From positions 33,146-97,145 of IMG/VR virus record IMGVR_UViG_3300035701_000011: a stretch of 64,000 nucleotides of DNA. The stretch is one strand, 5' to 3'. Below are positions 1-10,435 of this stretch, piece by piece. The notes under the pieces were generated by a model. The model worked only from the letters and a program-made list of their open reading frames with translations, did not search any database and was not told where the DNA came from. Source of the stretch: a virus. The stretch's first letter is position 1; every line of letters begins with the position of its first letter. The translations under genes and the position numbers were made by a program.

Positions 1-319
1 ATTTGCTTGCGAGGTTTGTAATGCTCCTTTGAAAGATGGAAAATTTAAGAAATGTTATATGTGTAACAAATCTGGTGCAACCAAAAAAGAAGACCCAAAA
101 AGTAATCCAGCAGTAACAGAACCAAAAAAACCTTATACACCTTATGATAATCCTGAAAAAACAGCACAGATTCAAAGAGGTAATGCTTTAAATGCTGCTG
201 CTGCGGTTGTTGGTGGATGTAATTTGAATAATCCAAAAACATCAGAAGAAATAGAGGCAATAAAACAATTTACATTATTATTGGCAGAAGATTTTCTAAC
301 TTGGTTAAGAGGCGAATAA
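1..319 (+). CDS. Hypothetical protein, C-terminal part (Zn-ribbon); starts upstream of the window
   Basis: Frame is open from position 2 (FACEVCNAPLKDGKFKKCYMC), giving two CxxC motifs. Confidence 0.6.
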   Translation, partial: FACEVCNAPLKDGKFKKCYMCNKSGATKKEDPKSNPAVTEPKKPYTPYDNPEKTAQIQRGNALNAAAAVVGGCNLNNPKTSEEIEAIKQFTLLLAEDFLTWLRGE

Positions 320-644
320 TTATTCATTATTTTTGAATAAAATGAGAAAAATAATTGCTTATTGCTTCCATTGTAAAAAAGATACAGAACAAAATGCAGT
401 AGCGGAATCGTATTTAGGACTCGATGGGATTACTATTTTTATTAATTATTGGACAAGATGTTTAGAATGTGGAGAGAACTGTATTAACAAAACTAAAGAA
501 ATTAATTCTGAGGATTTAGAATAAAATGAAAAAATGCAAATACGAACAATGTCAGTATGATAAAAGTATTTTTTGTATACATCCAAAAAATAAAGCACAA
601 TTATGTGAACAAAATTTTTGTCCATTATTAAAGAGGAAAAAATA

Positions 645-2477
645 ATGATAACAACCGAACAATTATTCCAGTATCTTGAAAAAAAGATACCTACTTTTGT
701 TAAAACAAGAAAGGCAAAGACAGGCGAGATGCTTTTTACATGCCCAAACATTGCTAATCATAAATTTAAATCGGCTCCTTCTGCAACATTTTCTCCAAGT
801 GGAAATGTTGTATGTCTTATTTGTGGTTGGAAAGGCACAATGTTTGATGCCATTCGCATATTAGAAGAAGATAAGAAAAATAATACAGATGCTGATATTA
901 CTGATTATCTTATTGGTCTTTTACATCTCGATATGTATACTGAATTATCTTTTTATGAAAAGTATGGATTTGCTTTAATTCCTCTTCTTCAAAATTCTAA
1001 AGCAGCATTTGAAAAAGGATGGACAGAATCTCAATATAGAGATAAAGTACATTGGATAAAGTGGTTGAATAATTCTTTAAACATTGGACTTCGGACTGGA
1101 GAAGTTAATGGAATTACAGTCATTGATGCTGATTTTAAAGTTGCACCAATTGGATTTGAAGAAATTTATAAAGAATTAATTGGATTAAATACATTAATGC
1201 AAGATACACCTCATGGGAGACATTTTGTTATTAAGTATGATAAAGATATTCAACAAACTACAAAAATTGCAGGAATACATCTTGATATTCGTAATGATGG
1301 TGGACAGATTGTGGCTGCACCATCTCAAATTGATAATACTTCTTATAAATGGGTTAATTTAGGAATAGAAATTAAAACCATTACTCCAGAATTAAAAATT
1401 AAATTATTAGAATTAATGAAGAAACAAACTAATAATTCTGATAAAATTTCTGATGAAGAATCTTTGAAAGTAAAGAATAACGATTTGGCAGGATGTCGAA
1501 ATGATACGATGGTTTCTATTGGGGGTATGTTGATAAAACAATTAACTCCAGAGCATACCGAATTTGTTCTAAATATTATTAATAGACATCTTTTAGAAAA
1601 ATCAATGCCTTCTCATGAACTCCGAGCAATGATGGGCAGTTTAATGAATTATAAAGGGGATGATGAAGGAACTTATGAACAAACTATATACGATTATATG
1701 AGATTAATGCAGACAGATGTTACACCAAGAGATGTAATAGATAATACTAAATTACCAAGAGCCATTGTTGATAAGTATTTAAGTAAATTTGTTAAAGAAG
1801 GCAAAGCAGTAAGAATGGGAAGAGGTCGTTATCAATATAAAGAAAAAATTGAATGGTCTGATACTATTCCTGAAATGGTAACAGAATATAAATATAAAAT
1901 ACCTTATTTTAATGATATTGCTATTTTTCAGGATAAAGATGTTATTCTTTTGGGTGCCAAAACTAATGATGGTAAAACTACAATAGCATTAAATATGATT
2001 AAAGAAATGATAGTACAAGGAATTAAACCTTATTATATTTATTCAGAAGCTGGTTCAAGGTGGCAGAAAACATCAGAATTTTTAGGTATTACGGGAAAAT
2101 TTTATCGTACTTATCATGAGAATCCATTAGCAATAGAATTAGAATATAATGCTTTTAGTATTATAGATTGGTTACATTTAGAACATAAAGAGCTTACAGA
2201 TACTACATTAAAACATTTGAATGATGAATTACAGAGAAAAGGTGGTATTTTAGTTATTTTTACACAATTAAAAACTACAAATGAATGGTTCGCACCAAAT
2301 TTAATAGACCACTATCCTACATTTGCAGCTAGATACATACAAGATAATGATTCTAAGACTGAAGGGCATTGGGATATTCAGAAAATAAAAGAACCAAGAG
2401 GTAATTTCTGTACATACATTCTTCCTAGTGAATACAATCAAGAAACTCGTATTTTTAAGAAAAAGGATATTATCTAA
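645..2477 (+). CDS. Primase-polymerase (bifunctional prim-pol) fused to PriCT-like, winged-helix and RecA-like helicase domains
   Basis: N-terminal Zn-binding Cys; NIGLRTG, VIDAD, TPHGRH, DIRNDGGQIVAAPS prim-pol motifs; GCRNDT PriCT-like; Walker A GAKTNDGKT; ATG at 645 after GAGG. Confidence 0.8.
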   Translation: MITTEQLFQYLEKKIPTFVKTRKAKTGEMLFTCPNIANHKFKSAPSATFSPSGNVVCLICGWKGTMFDAIRILEEDKKNNTDADITDYLIGLLHLDMYTELSFYEKYGFALIPLLQNSKAAFEKGWTESQYRDKVHWIKWLNNSLNIGLRTGEVNGITVIDADFKVAPIGFEEIYKELIGLNTLMQDTPHGRHFVIKYDKDIQQTTKIAGIHLDIRNDGGQIVAAPSQIDNTSYKWVNLGIEIKTITPELKIKLLELMKKQTNNSDKISDEESLKVKNNDLAGCRNDTMVSIGGMLIKQLTPEHTEFVLNIINRHLLEKSMPSHELRAMMGSLMNYKGDDEGTYEQTIYDYMRLMQTDVTPRDVIDNTKLPRAIVDKYLSKFVKEGKAVRMGRGRYQYKEKIEWSDTIPEMVTEYKYKIPYFNDIAIFQDKDVILLGAKTNDGKTTIALNMIKEMIVQGIKPYYIYSEAGSRWQKTSEFLGITGKFYRTYHENPLAIELEYNAFSIIDWLHLEHKELTDTTLKHLNDELQRKGGILVIFTQLKTTNEWFAPNLIDHYPTFAARYIQDNDSKTEGHWDIQKIKEPRGNFCTYILPSEYNQETRIFKKKDII

Positions 2478-2995
2478 TGAATAATATACATATTGAAATT
2501 TGTCCTTATTGTAATCAAAAAATAGAAGTAAGTTATGGAACTAGACCTTGCCCGAAATGTAATAAATTAATTAACATTTTTCCAGATGATTCAATTATAC
2601 TAAGGAGGATGATAAATGTTGGGATTGGAGAATTATTTACAAAACTTTTTACAAGATAAGAATTTAATTAAAAAATATTTAAAACAAATTAATACTATTA
2701 CATTAATTGAAATTATAAAAATTTTACAAGAAGAATTAAAATTAAGAATTAAAGAATTTGAGACAAAAAAGAATGAATAATCTTATTAAACATATAAATA
2801 AATTAAATAATCTTTATCATTCTTTTAAAAAAAATTATTCTGACATGAAAAAAATGTTTCGCAATCATTCTTGTATTTTACAAAAAATTAAATTATCAGA
2901 AGAAATTTTAATGCAAGCATATATGTTAATTTCAGAAAAAACAGAAGAAACAGAACAACATAGAGAATTTAATAAAATTATAAAAGGGATAAAAA

Positions 2996-3238
2996 ATGAA
3001 AACAAAAATCTATAAAATTAATCCTACTAAGAAACAATTAGCCATAATGAAACTTTATTGGGATATGTTTCAAGCTGAACAAAGTAATTTGTGGATAAGA
3101 ATAGGTGAATTAGAAAGAGAAATGAGCAAGAAAACTGGAATTGAAGAACTTGAATTTTTTCAAGATGATAATGATTGGGTTGGAATAGGTCAGGGAAATA
3201 GAGAAATGAGATTAATTTATGGAGAAGATTTAAAATGA
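2996..3238 (+). CDS. Hypothetical protein
   Basis: ORF coupled to both neighbours; flanked by a degenerate junction repeat. Confidence 0.6.
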   Translation: MKTKIYKINPTKKQLAIMKLYWDMFQAEQSNLWIRIGELEREMSKKTGIEELEFFQDDNDWVGIGQGNREMRLIYGEDLK

Positions 3239-3561
3239 ACACTAAAGATGTAGGAAGAAAACTCGAAGAATATATTCTTGCTAAAGTAAAAGAAATAGAC
3301 CCACAGGCAAGATTAAGTAGAGGGTCTGGTTGTGGCAATGATTATTCCGATATTACAAGTTCACTTTATTTTATTGAGTGCAAGAAACGTAATACAATAG
3401 ATTTTACAATTAAAGAAAGTGTGTGGAATCATCTAAATAATAATTTACCCATTAATACAAAAAAGATTTGTTTTATGGTGCACGAAAATAAGAATGGTAA
3501 ACGATTAGTAACATTGGATGCAGAAGATTTTTTTAGATTATTAAAGGAGAAAAATGAATAA
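3235..3561 (+). CDS. PD-(D/E)XK Holliday junction resolvase (Hjc-like)
   Basis: G..LE, RGSG, SDI, FIECK motifs; 108 aa. Confidence 0.7.
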   Translation: MNTKDVGRKLEEYILAKVKEIDPQARLSRGSGCGNDYSDITSSLYFIECKKRNTIDFTIKESVWNHLNNNLPINTKKICFMVHENKNGKRLVTLDAEDFFRLLKEKNE

Positions 3562-3721
3562 TAAAACATTTTTAAAAATAGATATTGAAACCGATAATGT
3601 CATTATTAATGGTATTTGTATGAATGATGGAACCTTATTATGTAATTTAGGTTATGCTTGTGATTGCTGTCCTTATAATTATGACCCAGAAGTAGAAGAA
3701 CGCTTACAGGTGGGATTATAA
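3554..3721 (+). CDS. Small Cys-rich protein (55 aa, ends EERLQVGL)
   Basis: Translated by hand; AAGGAG RBS; TAATG overlap with the next ORF. Confidence 0.6.
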   Translation: MNNKTFLKIDIETDNVIINGICMNDGTLLCNLGYACDCCPYNYDPEVEERLQVGL

Positions 3722-3873
3722 TGTTACATATTACTTATTGTTATAAAGAGGATTCTGAAGTTACTTACGAAGCAAGTTGTGAAAAATGTGTTTATTTTAC
3801 TCATTTTGTGCAATTGTCTGTAGATTGGTTTGAATGTACTTATTTAGAAGAACGTTTACAAACAGGATTATAA
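3721..3873 (+). CDS. Small Cys-containing protein (50 aa, ends EERLQTGL)
   Basis: Translated by hand; coupled to the previous ORF. Confidence 0.6.
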   Translation: MLHITYCYKEDSEVTYEASCEKCVYFTHFVQLSVDWFECTYLEERLQTGL

Positions 3874-4412
3874 AATGGATTATTTTATAGATTTAATATT
3901 TGTAATAATAATAGGAATTGGTGTAGGAATAATTATTAGTAAATTATTACTTTTAATACCGATAGGATAATTATGAAAAAATTATGTAATACATGTAAAA
4001 ATTGGACAAGATATTTAAAATTAGAAGATAACTGTTTATGTTCAATTCAATCAAGAAGTATGACTGATATTTATACAAATGCTAGAGATTCATGTGGACT
4101 ATATAAAAAATGGGAACATAATTTTAAAAAATTTAGAAATAGTATTAAACCTAAAATAAAAATAATATGAAAAATAAACTAAAAATAAAAGAACCTATCT
4201 GGATTTCTCGTAGCGTGGGTATTGCTGCCAAAAGAGCATTTGCAGACCTTGAGATACAAATTATGTATAAGGACTCTTATGGTAATAAAGTTTATCCTGC
4301 TCTTTATAAAATTGCAAAAGAAAAGATTATAACATATCCATATAGATATATTGGTGGTAATAGAATTTATATAGTACCTATAAAAGATTTAACAATTATA
4401 AAGGAGAGATAA

Positions 4413-4532
4413 ATGGACTATTGTGGAAGTTGCGATATTGCGTATGAAGGAAGAGATTGTCCACTTTGTGAAGCAATGAAAGAAATAGAGGAATTGAAAA
4501 AAGAAATAGAAAGAATAAATAATTTAGAATAG
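4413..4532 (+). CDS. 39-aa Zn-finger/coiled-coil peptide (paralog of 23391-23510)
   Basis: MDYCGSCDIAYEGRDCPLCEAMKEIEELKKEIERINNLE; AAGGAG RBS. Confidence 0.7.
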   Translation: MDYCGSCDIAYEGRDCPLCEAMKEIEELKKEIERINNLE

Positions 4533-4540
4533 GAGTAAAA

Positions 4541-4789
4541 ATGTCAAGAACTAAGAAGTATATTTACGGAAGAAATAATACAATACATCGTACTAAATTA
4601 TTAAATATAGAAGTAGATAAAAGAACAGGTGAGATAGTTTCAGTATGGTTTAGATGTATGATTCTTCCCTTTGATGTAACAAAAATAGATAAAAATAGAG
4701 CAAATGAAATGAGAAGAGTATATAAAGAAAATGAGATAATACAAATAAATGCTATAGAAATAGAGGAGGTTATAGATGGGAAGAACTAA
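4541..4789 (+). CDS. Hypothetical protein
   Basis: AGGAG RBS; starts MSRTK, like the downstream RecA (MGRTK). Confidence 0.6.
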   Translation: MSRTKKYIYGRNNTIHRTKLLNIEVDKRTGEIVSVWFRCMILPFDVTKIDKNRANEMRRVYKENEIIQINAIEIEEVIDGKN

Positions 4790-5792
4790 AGGTGCAAAAG
4801 GTAAAAAGAATAAAGCAGAAATTGCATTAGAAATTGTTAGAAAACAAGAATGTTCACCAGTAAATGAACATTCACAAATAGTGAACAATCCTTTAATAGA
4901 AAAAAATAATATACAAATCTCTCAAGAAAGAAAAGATAAATTAAATCAAACTCTGAGGGAGATTAATAAAATTATTCCTGATTCTGTTAAGTATGCTAAA
5001 GATATTGAAGTTAAGGAGAGGCAATCCTTTGGTTATAAATGTCTTGATAAATTAACAGGCGGTGGCATAATTAGAGGTAATTTTACGACTATTTGGGGGT
5101 CAAAAGCATGTGGAAAAAGTACAATTGCTTATAAAATGATTGCAACAGCCCAAAAAGAAGGTAAAATAGCAACTTATTTGGATATTGAGAGGTCTTACGA
5201 CCCCCTATGGGCTGCAAAATTTGAAGTAAATGTAAACGATTTAGTTATTGTGAATATAGAAACAGCAGAACAAGCATTAGATACAATTATAAAATTATGC
5301 CGAGAGGATGTTATTGATTTGATTGTTTTGGATAGTATTCAAGGTCTTACACCGAAACAAGAAAATTATGCTGGTAAAGGAGAAAAAGAAAGGTCTGTGG
5401 AAGACGATAGTATGGCATTACTTGCCCGTAAACTTTCACAATTTTTTAGAATGGCTGCTGCTCCAGTTTCTAAGGCTAAATGTGCAATATTATTGATTGG
5501 GCAAGCACGAATGGATTTATCATCATTTATTAAGTTAGAAACCTTATCAGGAGGTCATGCTTTGTTACACAATAGTCGTTTAATTTTAAGATGTAGAAGA
5601 GGACAGGGTGCAGATGCTCCCACAGAAAAAAAAGAAACAGGAAAAATAACAGAAAAAGGTAAACCAGAAATGAAATCTGTACCAATAGGATTTGATTGTG
5701 TTATTCATGTAAATAAATCACAGATACAAGGATGTACAGAAGGTGATGAAATACACGTACCCTTCTATTATAAGGATGGAATAAAAGAATGA
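4776..5792 (+). CDS. recA: RecA-family recombinase
   Basis: LDKLTGGG, Walker A GSKACGKS, YLDIE, Walker B VLDSI, ARKLSQ, GGHAL. Confidence 0.9.
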   Translation: MGRTKGAKGKKNKAEIALEIVRKQECSPVNEHSQIVNNPLIEKNNIQISQERKDKLNQTLREINKIIPDSVKYAKDIEVKERQSFGYKCLDKLTGGGIIRGNFTTIWGSKACGKSTIAYKMIATAQKEGKIATYLDIERSYDPLWAAKFEVNVNDLVIVNIETAEQALDTIIKLCREDVIDLIVLDSIQGLTPKQENYAGKGEKERSVEDDSMALLARKLSQFFRMAAAPVSKAKCAILLIGQARMDLSSFIKLETLSGGHALLHNSRLILRCRRGQGADAPTEKKETGKITEKGKPEMKSVPIGFDCVIHVNKSQIQGCTEGDEIHVPFYYKDGIKE

Positions 5793-6057
5793 AAAAAATA
5801 GGTATTTTTAAAATTTATTTTTATCCTTTAACAATTACTGGATTTGGAATTCATGCCGATTACAAATTATTAGAAATTAGTTTGATTTGGTATAATTTAA
5901 TTATTGATTGGGATGAGGAAGAAAATGGATAACTTCACTTTAGATAAATGTTCAGTTTGTGGTGAACATAAGGCATTGAAGAATGGTGTATGTGTTGATT
6001 GTGATAAGAAGAATGATATGCCTAATTTTTTAAAAGATTTATTTGGAGGATTTAAAA

Positions 6058-6468
6058 ATGAAAAAATATAAAAGAACTCTATTAGATGAAATAAGATATT
6101 ATGGATTTTATATTTGGTGGAATTTTATTACTGATTTAAAATGGAAAATTCCTAATCTTATTCATCGTGCTTATTATGGATGGGGTAAGGCAGATACGTG
6201 GAGTTTTGATACTTATTTAGCAAAAATAATTAATGAAGGAATTACTTATCTCAAAAAAGATAAATCAGGAATACCTTGTGATTTAGCAGAAAAATATGAT
6301 GATGAAATTGCTATAATAAAACGAGATGAAAGATTAGATAAAATAATTCATGCTTTTAAATTACATCTTATTTGGGTAGACGGAAGAATATTAACAGAAG
6401 AAGAAAAAATAGAATACCAAGAAGGATTAGAATTATTTATAAAATATATGGGAGATTTGTGGAGTTAA
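6058..6468 (+). CDS. Hypothetical phage protein
   Basis: ORF with GGAGG RBS before MKKYKR. Confidence 0.55.
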   Translation: MKKYKRTLLDEIRYYGFYIWWNFITDLKWKIPNLIHRAYYGWGKADTWSFDTYLAKIINEGITYLKKDKSGIPCDLAEKYDDEIAIIKRDERLDKIIHAFKLHLIWVDGRILTEEEKIEYQEGLELFIKYMGDLWS

Positions 6469-6613
6469 TTATGGCTAAATTACCTTTTTATTTTAAAGAT
6501 GTTAAAAACTATGTTAAAAATGGAAAATTATGGGTGGATTTTAAAATATCTAATATTGGTATATTATGTTTAATTATAGATTGTTTAATTAAAAAATTAA
6601 TTAGAATTAAAAA

Positions 6614-6979
6614 ATGAAAATTCTTATTTTAGAAGATAATTTAGACCGTATAGAAAAATTTAAACAATTATTTAGAAATCAAGAATTATTTATTTGTGAA
6701 ACTGTAAATGCAGCCAAAGAAGCATGTTTATTAAATGATTTTCAAACGATTCTATTAGACCATGACCTCGGAAATGCAATTTGGGTAGATTCAAATGAAG
6801 AAAATACAGGGTATACATTTGTAAAATGGTTGGTTGATAATGAAAGTCAAAAGCAAGCATTATGTTATATTCATTCTATGAATTTTGTAGGGGCAAATAA
6901 AATGATGAATTATTTATTAGATAATGGAAGAGATGGAATTTGGATTCCATTTCATTTATTAAAATTGGAGGGCATGTAA
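6614..6979 (+). CDS. Cyclic-phosphate-processing receiver-domain protein
   Basis: ILILED...R, LDHDLG, TGY, IHSMN..GA motif set. Confidence 0.75.
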   Translation: MKILILEDNLDRIEKFKQLFRNQELFICETVNAAKEACLLNDFQTILLDHDLGNAIWVDSNEENTGYTFVKWLVDNESQKQALCYIHSMNFVGANKMMNYLLDNGRDGIWIPFHLLKLEGM

Positions 6980-7680
6980 TGGATAAAGATAGAATGATAC
7001 AGCAACAAACAAACCTAAAACAAAATAAAAATAAATCTTCTGAAGAAATTGAACAACTGGTTGATAAAAAAATTCAGGAAGAAGAATTATTAACTGCTTT
7101 TATTGGATTAAATGATACCGAAAAAATAAAAGCAATGCAATTATATAATCAGTATATAACCGAACATAGTTTTGAGTCTTTAGCCGAAAAGAGTACACTT
7201 ATTAATTTAGTCTATCTTGAAATTTTAAATGATAGAGTTAAATTATTTATTGAAAAAGAAGGTAATGAAAAACAAGGTGCTATACCATTAAGAATGACCG
7301 AACAACTTGTTGAAAATACTACACAAATAATGGTACTCAAAGAAAAATTAGGTATGCTCAAAAATAAAGAAGATGAATCTGCTTTAGATTTGATTAATGA
7401 ATTAAAAGAAAAAGCATTAACCTATTATAATGAACATGCTGGAGAGACCTATGTAAAATGCCCAGAATGTCAGAGTTTATTCAGATTATTAATGAAAGTA
7501 GATGGATTAGAACCTGCAAAAGCGACATTTTTTCGTGGCACGACCCTTTACAATGTTAAATTAATGGAACTTTATCATTATAAAAAAGTAACATTAGAAG
7601 ACTGTGCAGAAATAATGGGAGTTAATAGTAAGTATATTACTTTTATTTATGAAAATATTTATTTAAAAAAGGCGGAATAA
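6979..7680 (+). CDS. Helical protein with CxxC and C-terminal HTH; possible terminase small subunit
   Basis: CPEC; HTH-like TLEDCAEIMGV; lies upstream of TerL (positional inference only). Confidence 0.35.
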   Translation: MDKDRMIQQQTNLKQNKNKSSEEIEQLVDKKIQEEELLTAFIGLNDTEKIKAMQLYNQYITEHSFESLAEKSTLINLVYLEILNDRVKLFIEKEGNEKQGAIPLRMTEQLVENTTQIMVLKEKLGMLKNKEDESALDLINELKEKALTYYNEHAGETYVKCPECQSLFRLLMKVDGLEPAKATFFRGTTLYNVKLMELYHYKKVTLEDCAEIMGVNSKYITFIYENIYLKKAE

Positions 7681-7896
7681 ATGAAAATTATTATAAAAAA
7701 TTTAATTCCACAATCAATAACAACTTTTAATAAAGATAGTAAAAGAATTAGATATGCTGGAAAGGATGTAGGAAAAATAATAGAATTTATCGAAACTGAT
7801 ACTGGAATAGATGCAATAGCAGAAATTACTAATAAAAAATTAATTATTAAACTTAGAAATGGAAATCATAATATTAATTTAAATAAAGGAGAATAA
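7681..7896 (+). CDS. Hypothetical protein
   Basis: ORF flanked by a 39-nt degenerate junction duplication. Confidence 0.6.
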   Translation: MKIIIKNLIPQSITTFNKDSKRIRYAGKDVGKIIEFIETDTGIDAIAEITNKKLIIKLRNGNHNINLNKGE

Positions 7897-8621
7897 ATGG
7901 AATTTATTTATTCAAAAGAAATTCAGGATTTAATAGATAAACTTGAAGAAATAAGACATTTATATCCTAAAGATTTTATAGATAATCAAATTATTAAAAT
8001 AAAAGAATTAGCAATACCAATAATTTTGATTAAAAAACGACAAAAAATCTATTAAAGATTAAAGGAGATTAATAGGTTATGGAAAATAATTGTGTTAAGA
8101 GATATAGTGCTTATAGACTTTCCAAAGATTTTAGAATTATCAATTTCGATAAACAAAGTCCTAAATGTAGAACTTGTTGTGATTACGATTGGTGTATTCA
8201 CGAACAGCCAGAAAGAGACAGATTGGGGAGAATTAAATAGACTATGGAGAAGAAAATTTTTATTTGGTTACAAATAGAACCAGAAGAAAATAATAGAATA
8301 AATAGAGATTTATTAGAATCTTTTGGCTTAGAAAATTCAGGAGGAAATGCTAAAGGTTATTCTGATTATGAAGGTTATATTACAGACGAACAAATTGAAA
8401 TAATTAAAAAAATTAATATAATTAAATTACATATTCATTCAGAATTTAAAAAAGGAGAGAAAGAAGATGAAAGATTGGCTAGATAAAGCAAAGGAACATT
8501 TAGAAAAATGCAAACAATTCATAGATGAAGGTTGTTCTGAATGTAAGGATTGTATTGAAGATTGTGAGGGATTTAAAATTAAAAAATTACTTAATAGGGC
8601 ATATAAATTATTTACCCAAAA

Positions 8622-8822
8622 ATGATAACTAATAAAAATTTAACTAAACAAGAAAAAAGAATATTAATTCATTTGACAAATGCTTGGAATGAATTTATTA
8701 AATTAGATACTCAACACCCTGATGAATTAAGAGATTTTGCAGATGGATTGCATAAATGTCAATATTTAATTGGTATGAGAATAGCAAGAAGAATAGAACC
8801 AAAAATATTTCCCATAAAATGA
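8622..8822 (+). CDS. Hypothetical protein
   Basis: ATGA overlaps on both sides; flanked by a 23-nt degenerate repeat. Confidence 0.65.
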   Translation: MITNKNLTKQEKRILIHLTNAWNEFIKLDTQHPDELRDFADGLHKCQYLIGMRIARRIEPKIFPIK

Positions 8823-10435
8823 TAGCCAAAATTAAAGAAAACGATTTAAAAGCATTTCAGGTCTTATCTCATCCGATAAGTGCGTCTCAAATTCTTTTCC
8901 ATGATTTTGATTCATTAGGAACGTGGGATAAAGAAAAATTTGGACATATTCGTGTTTATCAGTATCCTATGATGTCATTTGATAGTTTATTTTTATATGA
9001 TAAGAAATTATCTAAAGAAAAGAATTGGGAAATTAAAAATAATTTAGCTGAAAATTATAATCTTGGGGGGAGACTTACTGGAAAATCAGCAATTTCTATT
9101 CTTATAGATTCTATAGTTGGCACTTTTAATAAAGTTTATACTTGGACTGTAATTAGTTCCTATGATAAGTTACATCTACAAGAAATCTTTGAAAAAATGA
9201 TTAATTGTTTTGAAAATCATAAAATAATGAGAATTTTAAATGTACATCCGTTAAGAAGTCCTACTTTTAAATTAAATTTTGCAAACGGATGTTTATTAGA
9301 AAGTGTAAATATGAATATTGCCAGCAAAAATCCAGGTGGTCAATTCTTTGGTAAACATTTTGGAAGACACTATATGGAAGAATCTTCGTATTTAACTAAA
9401 GAAGTTTCTGGAAAAATGCTTATGGCACAATCAGAACAAGGTTGTATAAATCGTTTTTCTGGTATGACTACATTTACAAAAACATCTCCAGTAGGCGAAA
9501 TATTTTTTGATTTAAAAAACAAAAAAAAGATTATTAATCTTCCTTCCTATATTAATCCTACTTGGAATGATAAAAAAGAAGCAGATGCTATAAAAGAATT
9601 TGGTGGTAAGGATTCTCCTGGTTATCAAGTACAGATTGATGGTAAGGTTATTGAAGGTGCCGAAAGTGTTTTTGATATTCAAAGAATTAGGCAAACTTAT
9701 TTAGTAGATAAAAAAGGCAATCCTATTTCTATTAAAGCATTTGAAGTAAATAAAGATAGTTTTTTTAGATATAAAGAAATTGTTATTGTTGAGAAACCTG
9801 TTAATGCTGAATTTTTAGGAATCTATGCAGACATTGGCGAGGGTGGGGCAGCATCTGAATATATTATTATTTCAAAAACAAATCAAATTTATAGATATAT
9901 ATATCGTATCACTACATTTCAATTATCACCCGAAGAAGAAAAAGAATTTCTCGGATATTTAATTAGTCTTTTACTACCTAATATTATAGGGTTGGATAAT
10001 ACTTCTGGAGTAGGCAAGGCATTGATAAGTGCATTAAGAAAAGATTATCCTGATAATGTTATTCCCGTTTCGTTTAATGAAAACATTCAAATTGGATTAG
10101 CCAGAGATAAAGATGGAAAATTTATTACAGATAAATCAGGGCAGATTGTATATGAAGAAGCCAATATGGTAGATTGGAGTATGCAGAGATTAAAAGATAT
10201 TTTCTATAGTAAAAAAATACAGATGTTGGAAGATATAAAATTCGATACAGAAATTAATAATGTTATTGTTGGAAGAACAAAACAAGGTAAGGTCATGTAT
10301 GGTTATAAAGTGGCTAACCATTTATTTCAAGCCTTTCAAGTATTTGCAATTTGTGATTGGTTAAAAGAGGGTTTACCTAATTTAAAACCCATTAAAAAAC
10401 GTCGCCCTGGGTTTGGGAGTTTCGGAAATGCATAA
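8819..10435 (+). CDS. terL: Terminase large subunit
   Basis: RVYQ, Walker A GGRLTGKS, Walker B-like YMEES, motif III GMT, nuclease ADIG and GLDNTSGVG. Confidence 0.7.
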   Translation: MIAKIKENDLKAFQVLSHPISASQILFHDFDSLGTWDKEKFGHIRVYQYPMMSFDSLFLYDKKLSKEKNWEIKNNLAENYNLGGRLTGKSAISILIDSIVGTFNKVYTWTVISSYDKLHLQEIFEKMINCFENHKIMRILNVHPLRSPTFKLNFANGCLLESVNMNIASKNPGGQFFGKHFGRHYMEESSYLTKEVSGKMLMAQSEQGCINRFSGMTTFTKTSPVGEIFFDLKNKKKIINLPSYINPTWNDKKEADAIKEFGGKDSPGYQVQIDGKVIEGAESVFDIQRIRQTYLVDKKGNPISIKAFEVNKDSFFRYKEIVIVEKPVNAEFLGIYADIGEGGAASEYIIISKTNQIYRYIYRITTFQLSPEEEKEFLGYLISLLLPNIIGLDNTSGVGKALISALRKDYPDNVIPVSFNENIQIGLARDKDGKFITDKSGQIVYEEANMVDWSMQRLKDIFYSKKIQMLEDIKFDTEINNVIVGRTKQGKVMYGYKVANHLFQAFQVFAICDWLKEGLPNLKPIKKRRPGFGSFGNA

